This document shows positions 1-15,870 of a DNA stretch of 64,000 nucleotides, piece by piece; within the stretch, counting starts at the first letter, position 1, and each line of letters opens with the position of its first letter. Source of the DNA: the human T2T-CHM13v2.0 reference genome, Homo sapiens. The translations under genes were made by a program, and so were the position numbers. The DNA is taken from assembly GCF_009914755.1 (NCBI RefSeq), contig NC_060942.1; one strand, written 5' to 3'. The notes under the pieces are model-generated. The model searched no databases and was not told the origin of the DNA. It saw only the letters and a list, made by a program, of their open reading frames with translations.

Positions 1-1899
1 TACATTAAGCATTTTGTCCCATATACTTAAAAATATTTTCAGTATATTTTTAAAGTAAAATAATAAGCCTTGAACGAGTCCTTACTAAGTGCCAGCATTA
101 AATGCATTACCTAAGCTAGTGCATTTAGTCCCCACAAATAAGTCACCCAGCTGTGAATGGCAGGACATTCTTACCTAGGCAGGGCGTCTAGGGAGCCAGT
201 CTCAAACCAGCCCTGAAAAGGGACTCCGGTGACAGCCAGAGTTTTCTTTTCCACCCTGCAGCAGGGCAGGATCTCAGAGGCAACATCAGCTCCAAGGATG
301 CCTCTGCTCCTAGATAGCTTATTTTCTGATGCCTTAACTCTTATAATTAGAAATCAATTTCTGCACTTGTCCTTGTTAAAATGCATATAAAATTTTCAAT
401 TCCCGGCAGGCACCAACACATTAGTGTGAAATTGTCCATTAGATTGTTTTCCAAGTAGAAAGCAAGGAAGATGTTTCCCACAGGAGAGTGGCCAGCAATA
501 GACTTGCTGTGGCAAAGGAGAGAGAGGAGAGCCCAGAACTAGCCTTGTCCCTGCCAAGGTGAGTGCACCGCGGGGCAGAGGGCAGAGAAGGAGAGTGAGT
601 GGAAGTGCGGGATTGGTGGGAGACTCATGCAGAAAGATGGACTGCAAACCAGAGGCGGTGAAATTTTACCTCCTTTATTTTTCCTTCCTTTATTCATTCA
701 ACATTCATTCCTTCATCCACAAAGATTACTGGGTGTAAATAAAACACAGACTGGGTTAGGGGAGAGACACACAAGCAGATAATTGCTGTAAAAAGACGAT
801 AAGTCCTCCAAAGAACAAAGTGATGAAAGCACAAAGAGAGCCTGTAGAAATTCCCCACTGAGGCCCTGATGGCATCTGCAGAGACCCAAAGAGACAGAGC
901 TGTGAGTTTCAGAAGCAGCTATTGCCCGACGGTGCTCACCAAGGTCTGTCAAAGATTCTCTCACCAAACACAAGGGTATTTGCCAGAAGAAAATCTATTT
1001 AGGACTCCAAACTTAAGCTGTTCGATTGCATAAGTTTGATGCCTTTAGAGCATCTACTCCAGGTTCAATTTCCTTCCTCTTCTCATATTTTCTGACCATG
1101 TCACTATTTTAGTATCTACTTCATTACATTTCTTTGGTATTTCCAGATGGCTTTGTGGAGAACAAATAAGTACCATTTGTGATGCATGACATATGAAAAA
1201 TGACTAAGAACCAACTGATATAATGTTAGAAATGGGAAACCAAGAAACAGTACCTGCACACCCTCACAATGTACTCTACACATACTATATACGCCTAGAT
1301 GTGAACTTACATATTTTGACTTCCATTGAAAAAAAAGATGTAATAAAATTAAGTTAATTCTAAAACTAAGTTTTAAAACACACTGCTCAGGAAATCAGAG
1401 GTTCACCATTGCTAACAGTGTGATTCCTATCCAATTAAAATTGCTCTGAAAATTGGAAGATAATTTCTGCAAATTTCTGCAGGCAAAAGACATGACCTAT
1501 GAAATAGAAGCCATTTTCTGTAGGGAAAGGAGAACACAAGGTCCTCTGGTCTTGCTCAGCGCTGCAAAAATCTCGTCAGGAATAGCAACAGGACTCAAAG
1601 AAAAGCAAACTAAAAATTCACCCTTACAGCTCTCTCCTGAAAATGTGAATATGAGCCCTATTTTGCCTAGCAAAATATTTCACGCTTTAACTGGCCGCAG
1701 GCAAGAAAGGTGAGGATTTCTTGGAGGACTTCGAGTTTCAGACAATATTCACGTTCGTTGTAAGGGAAAATGGCAAATGACGAATGGGAAGAACTGAAAG
1801 ATGAAATCTTTGCTTGGGTTTCGCTAAGCAATAAGTTCCAAACACCCTGCAATGCAGGGAACTCCATAAAAATGGAGCAGGAGCCGGGCTTGACTCGGA

Positions 1900-2284
1900 C
1901 AGTGAGCAGATGCTGTCAGGCTCTACGGACACCTCCTGGGACCTTTCTGCCTTCTTGAAGCACCCCAGCTTCTGTGCTCTCTTCTCCCCTAACAGCCAGC
2001 ACCTGCCCCGCTAGGTTGGAGCACTGCCCAGGGTGGCTGGAGCCTGCCTGAGAATGCACACACTGATCAAGGGACCCTGATCCAGTGACTGACCCTGGTA
2101 GAGTTTGCTTTTCCTGACCAGGCAGCTTCCCTAGACTTCGCTGGATCCTGTGCCCTTGCTGGATCTCTCCTTCCCTTTCCAATCCAGATCCCCTGATGGG
2201 TTTCCCTGCGAACACTTCCTAATGGGTCCTTTTCACATTTATCCTCTTCTCAGGGACTGCTTCTGGTGAATGCAATCTAAAGCA
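1900..2284 (+). mobile_element. Old ERVL-type LTR (LTR16-like) 3' part
   Basis: Ends ...aacacttcctaat...cttctcagggactgcttctgg...ctaaagca, resembling LTR16-family 3' termini; left boundary approximate. Confidence 0.45.
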
Positions 2285-2372
2285 AGCACAATTGTAGAAC
2301 TTTACTAAATTGTACTTGGAGCCTAGAATCTAAATTTCCATCAGTGTGCCTGGAACCAGATTCCTAAATGTC

Positions 2373-2685
<313 letters not shown>

Positions 2686-2689
2686 TGAC

Positions 2690-3065
2690 CTGAGTCAATG
2701 AAATCTCTCTCATAGAAGCAGAGGGTAGGATGGTGCTTACAGTGGCTGGGGATTGGGAGAATGAGGGGATAACGGTTAAGAGGGTACAAAACCTCAGTCA
2801 GACAGAAGACATAGGATTCTTCCTTTTTTGAGCTCCGTCACACAGCTTGATGCATATAAATAAGAGAGTATTGCCCATTTCAAAATTTCTAGAGAGTGAA
2901 TTTCAAATATTCTCACCACAAAAAAAGTTAAGTATTTGAGAGGATGGATACATGAACTAGCTTGATTTAATTATTACACATTATATTTATAAGTTATAAC
3001 CTCTGTTTGTACCCTATAAATTTATAGAATTATAAATTGTCAAATTACAATTTAAAAATTAATAA
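2690..3065 (+). mobile_element. L1MA-type 3' end fragment
   Basis: ctcatagaagcagagggtaggatggt...tattctcaccacaaaaa...ctagcttgatttaat...tgtaccctataaattta, then an A-rich end. Confidence 0.8.
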
Positions 3066-3992
3066 CAAAACAAAACCGACTCTGTCTTTGACTCTCTGTT
3101 TGGCTCTATCACTCTCTCAAGTCCCAGCTTGACCTATCTCTCTCCCAGGACTTACCCACAGTAATCTCTCAGCCACTGAATCCTACGGCTCTCTCTTTCC
3201 ACATTTTTGTGTAATTGGATATAACAAAGTACTGCACTTGCAAAATATAAACTGTCGTGTTTTCTATTTCTGTGGCTATGTCTTGCTTTTCTCAGTTATG
3301 CCAAGCTCCTTGGAGGCAAAAATAATTTCTAAAATATTTGTTTGTTTCTTGTTACTCCACCATGTTTCAAAAGCTTGCCAGTTAATTGTAGGGTGAATTG
3401 TACTCCTTCTAATCTCAGGAAAAACCTTATATAATAGCTTGTACATATTGGATGATTAATAAATACTTGAGAATTCATTTACTACATCTGTAGGAGTTAA
3501 GCACAATCTCAAAGAAATCTGCACAACAGCAAGAATGACTAACACAAAGATGATGAACAGTGTTCTTAACCAAACAGAATGAAAATTTGAGATATGGTTA
3601 TTAGAGGCTTCCCTACATTTTTTCAACTGGACTATTAAAATAGTTGTCAAAATGAACTCTAATTGTAGCCCCTTTTCCCTCCAATTCATATTGCATCAAA
3701 GACTATATAACTAACATATAAATCTTATCAGGCTACAGCTGTACTTTGAAAGGTTCAGACGTTTCCTATTCCTACTACAGGACAAAGCACATGTTCTTTA
3801 GCAAAATCCTATATGATTTTATTCTTGCCTTTGTCTCCATTCTCATCTCCTACTAGAATCTGCCATATACTCCAGTTTCCCCAAGAACATTATTCACCTT
3901 TATGATCTTGCATCAGCTATCTCTTCTTCTGGAATGCCTTCATATAATCCTTCCACTTCATTCCAAGAACACTGCTATTTATCCTTCAAAAT

Positions 3993-4062
3993 TTATCCTG
4001 TGATGCCACCTTATCCTGTGATGCCACTTATCCTGTGATATCACTTATTCTGTGACATCACC
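3993..4062. repeat. Short tandem repeat, 17-18 bp unit x4 (TTATCCTGTGATGCCAC)
   Basis: Four adjacent copies that diverge progressively. Confidence 0.9.
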
Positions 4063-5319
4063 TATTTCAAGGAAGTATTTTCTTACTCATTTCAAAATAG
4101 GCTAACCACTCCCTCCTCTGTTTTACCTCTACCTTCTATTGTGTTGTTTTTTATTTGTTGTCATTTACTTCCTGCCCTAAGAAACTATCCACTCCTTAAA
4201 GACATTGTACCTTCAGTATGTCTAATCTTAGCAAAATGCCAGGCACATTAAGTTTCCCAATAATTTTGGGGGGACTACATGGATGAGAAAACATCTCCAA
4301 AGATGATGTGTTGTAAATTTAGTGAATGATACCAGGAACTCAGAGCAATATTTTCCAGTCCAGGCCCTACATGAGTTTGGGTCTCCATTCCCACTTCTGC
4401 CAAATGGAAACCCACACAGCAGCTTTCCCTCCTGGCACCACTCACCCCTGAGCATCAGCCAGCACTGCAAATTTATGGTTTTAATACCAACTCTCCAAAG
4501 AGCTCCAGGTGCTTTTCAAACCACAGAAAGATCAACAGTATTTCTCACAACTCCCTGAGGTAGAAGAGGCTGAAATTATTTAGTTCAAACCATAATGAAG
4601 TTAAAATGAAAAATATAACAATATTAAAAAACCAGTGTGAGTACAGCTATTAGCAGGGATAGTTGTAATCATCACATCGATTCAGAAAAGCAAGTAGCCC
4701 AGAAAAAACTAACAGCAAGAGGGAAACAAGAGTGTCCATGGTATTTATTTTGGATTTGCAATGAAATTTGGGAATTAAAGGAGATAATAATACATGTATT
4801 CAGCATTTAATTTGTGTTCTTTATACGTCAGAGGAAATGTCTGCAAATTAATCCTACGCAACAATAATTCTGTAAAGCATTACATATGTGAAGATGACTA
4901 CACCAAGCATTAGTTGAAATAGAGAATATTGGAAAGAATCTAAATGTCCAGAAACTTAACAAGGTGAAGCAAATCATGAAAAGTAAAGATCAGTCTATCA
5001 GTATTGGAAATGCTTATGACATAATGTACAGAAAAAAATTATCAATGACATGTATGTACACTTTGCTAACAGTTAGAACATGTGTGTGCTCTGAATGAGA
5101 GTTGAACAGGAAACGGGAAGAGGAAACACAAGAACGGCAGCCTGAACTTTTTTCATTTATTTCTCTTATGCATTTTAAAATTTCTGTAAATGTTGTTTTG
5201 ATACTCTTGGTGCACTGTGTTAGTAGTTTTCTAAAGAAGGAGGCAGCCCTGTGAGGATGGGCACACCTTGGAGACTTGCGTCCAAAGACTAGAACACAGA
5301 AAGGAGAAATAGGAACTTG

Positions 5320-5875
5320 ACTTCACAGTGGGAAAACGTGGCAAACACACCTTAACCACATGATGGAGACCAACATCTCAGTGACGCTGCGTGGATATGA
5401 GGTACCCCTTGATATGATGTGATGAGAAGGGGTTCATGACTCTGGTATTCTTTCCAAAATTCCATATTCCCAGTCTAATCATGAGTGAAACATCAGACAA
5501 ACCCTAATTGGGAGATGCTCTGCAGGACACTGGGCTAGTATTCCTCAGGCCTCACAGGGTTGTGAAAAGCAAGGAGAGATAGAAACTGTCACAGATCAGA
5601 GGAAACTGGGGAGAAGTGGCAACTCAATGCAATGTGGTGGCCTGGTGGAGGAGACCCTGGAAAGGAAAGAGGACAAAACATAATCACTTTGGATCCAAAT
5701 AAAGTCTAGAGCTGAGTTAACGGTAGTATACTAGTTTCAGTTTCTTTGGTTTAACAAACATACCACAATAATGTGAGATGTTAACAATGGGGGAGACTGG
5801 ATAAGGGGTATATGGAAACTATCTGTACTAGTTTTTCCACTTTTCTGTAAATCTAAAAATATTCTAAAATTTAAA
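5320..5875 (+). mobile_element. Old L1 (L1MC/MD-like) 3' fragment
   Basis: cacagtgggaaaacgtggcaaacacaccttaacc...ggggtatatggaaactatctgtactagt...ctgtaaatctaaaaatattctaaaat. Confidence 0.7.
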
Positions 5876-6998
5876 GATTATTAGAAGGGTAAGAGGGCCA
5901 GATTTGGGAGTCTATAAAAGAAAAGAAACACAAGACAGATGGTAGAGCAGAAGGAATGTTTTTGCAACACCATCTTGAGTGGTACAAGGCAATGGAGTAA
6001 ACACCACAAGACGCTGGGACTACACTGCAGTCGGTTAGGAAAGAGGAATAATAATGAGTTCTCATGGGTGGAACCGAGGCCATAAATAGCAAACTGGGTG
6101 TTGGCGAAGTGAGTTAGCTCAACATACTGGTGCACAAGAAACAATGTTAATTGAAATGGTCCAACATTTTGCTAGCTAAAAAGTATAAATTTCTCTGTCT
6201 TCCTTGAGATAGGTCCATGTTGGCACATGTGAGTTAATCTTATTTTTTGAAGTGAGTACTGTCAAAAAACTCAGAGAAGGCTTCAGTGGAACAGGTTTGG
6301 GGTGCTGGAGATTGCCACAGAGCCCCATCTTTCCCTTGAGGAAGGGTAATAGAGTGGATTAGCAAAGAGCAACTGAACACCGGCATCCTTTCTCCAAATG
6401 CTGACATTTATCCAACTAGAATATTGAGCTATTAAAAGTCTATTAGCCTAGCAAGCCCTGGGAACTGCCTTCTTCATTTTTGGAAGTTGGGACCAAAACA
6501 AATTGAAAATAAACCCTAAACAGATATTGCTACAAACCACATATGAAGAGCGACCTTAAAGTCCATGTTCACAGAGTGGGCACAACTGATGCGGCCAGGC
6601 ACTCCACTTCACCCATCCCCGCAGGTCGGCAATCCTCACACACACGGGAATGCTAACACTCATATAAGTTTGGAATAATACCCAATTCACTCAAAATGAG
6701 GCCAGAATTCTCAACTCTAATCCAAAGCAACTCTCTTTTCACCACACTCATCTGCCCCATGTATTACTTTTTCATGTATTTTCTAATCACTTGATTAAAA
6801 TAAAGAGGTAAATACTTTGGTATACATTTTTAACTGTGATTTTTATTCTTTTCTCAAAATAAAATAGAATATGCTCATTTTACATGTGTGTATGTGTGTG
6901 TGCATATGTGTGTGTGTATTACTAATAAGCATACTGAACTAAGAGTCTTTGCCCACAAAAATATATCTCTTAATCATATTTCTTGGCTGTGGACTTAA

Positions 6999-7403
<405 letters not shown>

Positions 7404-7726
7404 TAGTGAAAACCCAGGAGACATCAAAATCTGCAATGTTGTCATAAAGTGAGTGGCTATTTTTAAAATGATGCCCCTTCTATGTTTTTGTTTGTTTGAT
7501 TATATCCACATATCTTTTCCTTCCTGAGTTCTGAGAAAGGGTATACAAAGCTCTGTACATTTTGAGATTGAGATGTCTAGGCTACAAAATTCTTTAAATT
7601 TTTGGACATAAAATTCCTCTCTACTGAGGGCTAGAACAAATGTCACCTCTGATTTGCTCAGGGATTTGGCTATATTTCATGATCTTTATTAAGAAAGATG
7701 ATAATAATCTAGTCTTTAGGTCTGAT

Positions 7727-7880
7727 TAATAATAATAACAGCTATAGTTTGAGGACTTATTATCTGCTTGTGACTATATTCAATGCTTTGCATATGCAGT
7801 ACTATTTCATTTTCACATTTACAATTCAGTGAAGTATGGATTATTGTATCATTTTATAGAGGATGAAATTCAGGGTAGAG
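7727..7880 (-). mobile_element. MIR
   Basis: aataataataacagct...cattttatagaggatgaaattcaggg MIR core pattern. Confidence 0.6.
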
Positions 7881-10800
7881 AAGTAAAGAGAAGAATCAGT
7901 CTTTGGATCTAATCACTTGTAACAAATGGGATCTGTTTCTCTCTCTCTCCTCAGCTTTAGGAAAGGAACCACACAGCACAACCAGGAGCTAGCAGATAAA
8001 GAGCATTTAGGGAACTCAGTGCAACAAACAGTTTGTCTCACTGGTTTCTTATAACTAGAATAAGGTACTCCCAGATCTAAATGACACTCTGCTTATTATG
8101 AATAGGGACAATAGAAAAGATCACTTCTGATGGGCAGATTCCTCTAGCACCAGCACCAGATGGTGGGATAAACGGGCTCTGGGATGCGCCGTCATACCTG
8201 CCAGCCCAGCAACCACAGCCATCTTCCCGGTCTCCACCCCCTCACCTTTCCCAATAGCAGTGGAGAAGAGAGAGAGACATCACAAGAATACCAAGGATAT
8301 CATAGAAAGAAAAATGAACGTGGAAACATTTTAGAAAATAGATCGCCAGAGCTCTGAAAACCAAAAAAGTCCTTATTGAAGAGATAAGTGTGCCTAAAGG
8401 ATTTGTTATTGTCACAGAGCACAGATCAAAGATGGGATTATTTAAGCTTTTTATTTCTCAGAGTGAGAAAAGGACAGGTCTGTTCATAATTAGAAAACAA
8501 AATAAACTTTTTATTTTCTAAACATGTGCTTTTTTCTAAATGAAAAACTGCCTAAAGCAACTCTAGAATTTTATTAATCTATGTTTATGCATTACATGTG
8601 AACATTATTTAAAAAAAATAGATCATCTTAGAGCAAACTCAGTAAACGTATGCCATACTCTTAGAGTAACAACCTTTGTAAATTACTGTTTAAATTACAA
8701 GCGTGGGGTAAGTTGGTGCTTAGAGTAGTTGGGAAGGAGGCAGGAGAAGTCTCTGCAGGATGGACCTCACGAGCAGGCAGGAGTTCAGTGTGGGCAGAGA
8801 ACTCTTTTTGCAGGGCTCAAGTGTCCCAGTGAAATGCTAAGCCTGCATATTATGGAGCAAGGGACCAGCCCTCTGAAAGATGGGCTTCAGATGTGCTAAA
8901 AGAATTGGAGAATTATAGACAACCTCACCGGAAAGGGAGAAAAAGGAAGAAGATGTTTCTTACTAAAGTGTGAAGGGGAAAAAATGGCATCCCACGACTT
9001 CTCTATCATTCTATTGATCTTAATGAGGTTTCTGGAAACAAAATGAGTTGGGGGAAATGCACTACTTCTATTAGAGAGATTTCCAAAATTTGGAAAGCTG
9101 TCTCACTGTGATCATATTTTCATAGCATGATTTTGGAACAATAATCTAAAATGTCCAGTATTTATACTACCATCTATGAATTTGGCTTGTATGTATTATG
9201 TCAGAATGTGAAAAATCTCTGGCTCTGAAATTCTACCTTTCTATATAATATTTCAGATCACACCTGCAAAACTACTCTACGACCTTGACATTTTTGATGA
9301 GTTTGATGAGATCTTCGACTGCTTCAAGTCAATCACCTCATATCAGTGCCATTGGCAATTTGAGGAAGACAAAGAGGAGCTTGGTTCAAGTTGATTAGCA
9401 CTACCAGAAAAGAAACTCACAGTGAACACCATATATCAATTATTCCATTGAGTTCATGGACCAAGAGGAGAATATTTATTTTCAAGTTTTGTGGTTAGCA
9501 ATTCCTTGTGATAGTTCTGCCAGTTTCCAATTTTCTCACTGAAGGGCTACAGAGTTCCGTATTTGTGCCAAGTCCTATATATTGCTCCTTTACAAAAGCA
9601 TTTCTACTGAAGTAAATTGGAAAAAGAAGAAAAGGCAAGATAGACTAGACTTTTGGCCCTCCTTCTAATTGAGAATGACAACCACAACCATTTCAGTTGC
9701 ATTCAGCTGTCATTCTGTTACTCCCAATAAAACAGAAATGTTCATGCTCTAAAGTAACTAACACAAATAACCATCAATTGAGGACCTACTATATTTAAGA
9801 CAATGTCCCAAATTCTGAGCCAAATCTCAAGGAAATTGCAAAGGAAAGTCAAAGGAATTAAAATCAATAATGCAATAGGTCCTGACTCGCCTGAAAGTAA
9901 ATTGGCACAAGAAAACATCCAAAAAAATATTTTTTTACTATCTTAGCATACTCTGATTTTCTAGAAATTCTACTCTTGTTCAGTTTAAAGTGAGGGAAGA
10001 TTTTACTTTGAAGTATTAGAGCTTTACCAGAGTTGTTCATTTTGGAAACAGTATCGTTAATGATTGACAATGCCATTCAGGGTAATCACATCTTCTAGTC
10101 ATAGTTCACGGTGATTCTAAATGGAGGTGAACACATTTCACCATTTCATTTTATCCCTCTCACACAATAGCACCTGGACACGATTTCAAAATGGTTAAGG
10201 AGACTTATAAAGTATTTATTACAGAAGAGAACATTGGATCTGATAGGGTTGACAATCATTGCTATTTGCTTTATTAGTAGCAGAATGAGTAAAAATATGC
10301 AGAAATGCATATACACTTTAGCAAATGATCAAAGAGTCCATATGATGTATTTTTAATCTAATAAATGAATTCAATGTTAATATAACTAACCAAAGGTCCT
10401 CAGCTACTTTTTATCATGCCATGGTTCTCCATTTGCCAGAATTCATCTAACAGCCCCATTAAAATTGTAAACACTGGAAGCAAAGATGAAATGGAGAAAA
10501 CAAACAATTCTTTTCCAGATTACAGTTAGTTCTCAAATATACCTTTGGAAGCTAGGTCAGAAAGAACTTAGATAAATATGCTTCCTATGAATTGGTATAT
10601 GTCCTATTGCTACGCGCCATTTTTTAAATGCGGAAACTAATTGAAATAGTTGCTTTGAAATATTTAAGCTCAGTGTTTGCCATTCTCCTTGGCTCTTTTA
10701 TCTCACTACACACTCTTTTTCTAAGTTAGGGATGACTTCCATTTCCCCTGCATAGTACGCACTTCCCCGAAGTCTGCAATTTAATTTCCACCTCCATAAT

Positions 10801-12039
10801 TTTAAATATTTTAAAGTTATCATTTTACACTCTCAATTTTCCTCTACAATTGCCTTCATAATGGCTTCCTAACTCTACTGTCTTGGAATTACATTTTTCA
10901 CATTTATAGGTTTGTCTTTTAAAAGCAAAACAAAACAAAAAAGCCATAAAATTTGGGGATCAGAATCAAATCACAGGATGTGCCAGAGCCAGTGGTAATG
11001 ATTACAGATATACCCTAATGTGAGGTTTATTGCAGTTGTGCTATTTCATTTCAGAGGTATATTACTGTAGAATAACAGTTAAGAGAACAAAGCATATTTT
11101 TTGCCTGTCAATAGATTCAATTGCATTTTACAGCAAAAATAATTTACTCGCAGGTTTAAATTAGACATCTAAGTGATGCAAATAAATAAATCACTGATGA
11201 TTTCAGCAACCAGAGATAACCACACAGATACTGATTTGTGATTTATTTTTAATATACCACAAACAAAACTAAAAACTTCAATGTATATTTCAGGAAAAGA
11301 TTAATTTGGTGTGTGGTTACTTATAAAATCATGTAAGAGTAACAAGACAAAACCAATTTTAAATAATAGAATTTAAGAATGCTCTAGTCCTAAAGAATAA
11401 TTTAGTATGACATTGACCATCTAACCATCCCTCTATTTCCTCTCCCAAAATATAGTTCGGATGCTGAAAGTGAAATACACCTTAAAAAATAAAAGGTAAA
11501 ATATAGGCTGTCAGACTAATCTGTACTGAATAAAATACCCTCCGGAAAGCCATGACTCAAAACATTTATCATCTCAACAAGAAACAATGATGTGTTTGAT
11601 TCATAAAGTAATACAAAAAGTATATTTGTTTTCCTGATGTTTAGACAAGCATCAAACCACACAATATTTTTTAATGAGTCATTGGACTAGAAATCTGAGC
11701 TTTATCTTTCATACTAAATACACGGTTCATCCACTAGGGTATCAACCTACTAGGGGCATGAACTGTCCTTTTTATACATTTTGTACATAAGGGAACAGAC
11801 GAGATTCTTATACTCAATATGAGCACCCAATGGGCACTCATTATATGCTCATCAAGTTTGCTTTAAGGGATGTTGAGAGAGCAGTATAACTTTCTGCATA
11901 CGAATTCTGAACCTTTGTGACATGGTATCCTTCTGACAATCTCTATCTTGGTTAATACCATCTCCCCACATGACCTGCTATCAAGATTTGAAGCCAAGCT
12001 TCACTCCTTCCTTTGTGCATCCCTCCCATTTCACTCACA

Positions 12040-12330
12040 CCCAAATCCTGTCACTTCCTCCTCCTTAATAGCCTTACATCTGCCTACTTCTCTGCTTTCC
12101 CACTTGAACAGGTTCTTATCATCACCTCTCCCCAGGTGGTAATGACAAGGGCCTTGTCATAATTCTCTATATACATTACATAGTACAGCCAGAGTAATCT
12201 TTGTAAAACAGATCTGGCCCTATTAGTCCCTAGCTTAAAATTCTATGTATCCCCAAAGCCTCCAGGATAAAATTCAAACTTCTCAGCACATATTCTAAGG
12301 CCTAATAGAAGTAGTCATGGTTTCTCCAAG
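12040..12330 (+). mobile_element. L2 fragment
   Basis: acagccagagtaatctttgtaaaacagatct...ggataaaattcaaacttctcagca pattern typical of L2. Confidence 0.55.
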
Positions 12331-13323
12331 TGTCAGCTCTGGTCCACCACTCACCTTGCCCCTGGGCTCATTCTCAGATCCTCCAACTCACCACATACAC
12401 TCCATCTCACGTCTGAACTCTGGACCAGGACACTCCCTCCCCCAGCACCATCTTTCCTTCCCTCCTTCTGCTGCTTTCTGCCTCTTCCATTGAGCTTTCC
12501 TGGGTTGCTCCTCCTCCTCAAGCTAGGTTACACACCCCCCCAACACATGCACTTTATGCTCATATTTTAGCCTATATGCACCTCTTCATTTACAGTGCTG
12601 CTCCTAAGATATGCCTCTTGTGCAGCTGTTGACTTTTTTAAAAATAAAGCACAGGAATTTATATGTTCTCCTACCTGATTTTAGTGAGTTAGCGCTGTCA
12701 GTTTAGTTAAGTTGATAGTTTGAGTTTACTTTTCCAAATGGGTGCTTTCGTCTATCATTGTGAACTTCAGGTATGACCTGCGTTATGTGTATAAATATAT
12801 CTTTAAGTCTTCATACAGCTTCTTGGACAAGGGGGGAGTCATTGAAAAGGATCAAAGATTGAGTCTCCTGTCTAATACTTAATCCATTGTTGATTATGCT
12901 TTGAGATCACAGAGGGAAGTTATAGTGAAGGAAAATGAGTGGTTTGAATTCACTCCAAAGAGGAGCAAAAGAGCTTTATAATGACCAAGAGCCCCTGGCT
13001 CTAAAACCTTGAAAACAAGTCAGCTGCCCACTGAACCCACCTACCCAAGGCCATATGAGATTAAATTTGTGCCTCACCAGCCACACCAAGCAAGGAGAAG
13101 GGCACAGCCAATTTAGTCTTCAACATGGAGGTGAGTTCATCTCAATTAAACAAATCTACTTTTAAGGGTCTATTGTAAAATATGTGTGAGGCAATGTTGA
13201 TGGGACAAGACCCATCACGTCCCTGAAAGAGCTTACAAAAAGAGTCACCTACTTCAATTACAAATTCAGTTCAAAAATATTTGGTAAGGGCCTAGTACAT
13301 GAGAAGTACTAAAGAAGCTATTA

Positions 13324-13630
<307 letters not shown>

Positions 13631-14931
13631 AAGCAGCTATTAAGGATAGAGTGGATAATACCTCAGGCATGGTCTCGGTCCTCACAGGGCTTAGGAACTA
13701 ATAAGGAAGCCATAAAACTAAACAGATGTTTACAATGTAAAATGCACTGTGAGCTCTGTGCAGGGACACAGTAGGAAAGGAGCCAGATAGAGAGCAATGT
13801 CTTGACTTGGAGCAGAGCCACAGCCATCAGCAGGCATCCAGGGCACTTATAGACACCCCTGTGCAAATAGGGGAGTCATGGAAAATACAGATGGAAAGTG
13901 GAAGGCCTGGACTGTTGCCCAATACGCATCTGTATAATTTCGTGGACTGAATGTGTGGGGCAGGCTAGTGATACTTCAGGAAGGGCTGAGATTGTTGCTG
14001 CACTGATACAGACATGGGATGCAATCAGAGGAGGCGGGGGCCATGGGCCCTCCCAAGGCCTAGAAATGGAAAGATGAAGAAGTATTTAGGAAATAATGTC
14101 ACTGCCAGAGGACCTGGCAGCCAAATGAAGAAAAAAGAGCCGAAAGGAAATAAATGGCAAACTGAGAAAAAGGTTAACACTTTAAACAGAAAATGTTCGG
14201 ACAGTTGAGGCTTCAAGCACTGCGTCCAATGAGTACTGGATATTATCTCAGCTAATTTGCCACTTCGTTTCTCAAGGATAACCAAGAACTGGTTGTGGCC
14301 TCTCTGTTTCCATAATGCTCAAACTGAAGAAAAATAACGGAGCAACCCAGGCAATTTAAACATTCCAGAAACGCTGTCAGGGAGCTTTTTTCAAACATAG
14401 GAAGGAAAAAACTGACCGTTTACATAGCTACAAAAAAATATCTAAAATATTGTCAAAAGAAGTCTTGAACCAAGGAAATTTATCACATAAGACAAACCAT
14501 TTCATTTTCACCATAATATTTAAAGGATCATCCAGGAAGTAGACAAAACTCTTCAAACAATGTCTAGTATCAAAAGAAAGTGAATAATTCTACTTTCTGA
14601 AAGAACTGAAGGCAAGGAGATTACCTAAATTTTAAGAGTAAATAAATGCTGAAGAGACAAAACATAATATCTGTCTGTGAAGTAAATGGCACCAGGCAAA
14701 GCACATTTTCATCTTATTTCGCTGAACAATGCAGGCCAGGGTTATTAAGTCTGACAAGGCAAATTGTTTATCATGACTGAGTCATAAATACTAGTACCAA
14801 GAGATGTGATTTACTGAACAGTACCAAACACCGAATGAGGATTTTTTAAATGAAGTTATTTCAAAAAAGAGTCGGTTACTATAAGAAGCATGAGTTATCC
14901 TCTTACTTTCATCTACTTTTGTTGTCACTCT

Positions 14932-15217
14932 TTTTTTTTTTTTTTTCCAAAGACAAGGTCTCGCTCTATTGCCCATGAGCAATCACAGGTCACTGAAGCC
15001 CCGACCTTTCAGGATCAAACCATCATCCCACCTCAGCCTCCTAAGTAGCTGGGACAACAGACATGTGCCACCACACTCAGCTAATTTTTATATTTTTTTG
15101 TAGCAACAGGGTTTTGCCAAGTTGCCCAGGCTGGTCTCGAACTCTAGGATCAAGGGATCTGCCTGCCTCAGCCTCCCAAAGTGCTGGGATTACAGGTGTG
15201 AGCCACCATGCCTAGCC
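14932..15217 (-). mobile_element. AluJ-like
   Basis: Poly-T then a diverged Alu; exact 13-bp TSD ttgttgtcactct (14919-14931, 15218-15230). Confidence 0.93.
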
Positions 15218-15689
15218 TTGTTGTCACTCTCTACACAGGCTCAAACCCAAAAATAGAAACAGGAAAAACTGAAGATATTTTTTAAACTGCTTTGCTTTCC
15301 TGGGGAAGATATTACAAATGAACTTACTTCTCTACTTCCATTTGCTTTGATAAAAAGACTAGAGGTCTCTTTGTTCTTCACATTATGAAACAGGAATTTT
15401 CCATAGAAAATCCATCCCCTACTGCCTTGAAATGTCCATTTATATACAAGATAAAAACAATGCTTCATGGAGTTTATAATATAGAATCACTTATTGCCTC
15501 ACCAATGCATTCATTTCTTCATTTTTATATAAGAAAACTTGACACTTCTCCTTTTTACTTACATGAAAATTCATTCCTCTGTATTTTTCTTTATACCCAG
15601 TAGTACTTACAATTACTCCTCAAAAGAAAAATAACTTTGCTTCATTCTTCTATATGTTGTTATTTGGGCCAATTAATCATAATAAAAAA

Positions 15690-15870
15690 TTTAATATATA
15701 CTAAGTATTTATAATGAGGCACGATGTGTGATAAACACTTTGCAGCGGATGTTTATTGAATCTCACCTTTCATTTGAGGCACTGTTATTATGACTCTCAT
15801 TTTAAAGATATTGTAACAAGGGTTATGACTAGCGAAGACAGAGTCAGTATTTGAACACAGAAATTTGACT
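15690..15870 (-). mobile_element. MIR
   Basis: Diverged MIR core (ctcattttaaagat...cagtatttgaacacag). Confidence 0.5.
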
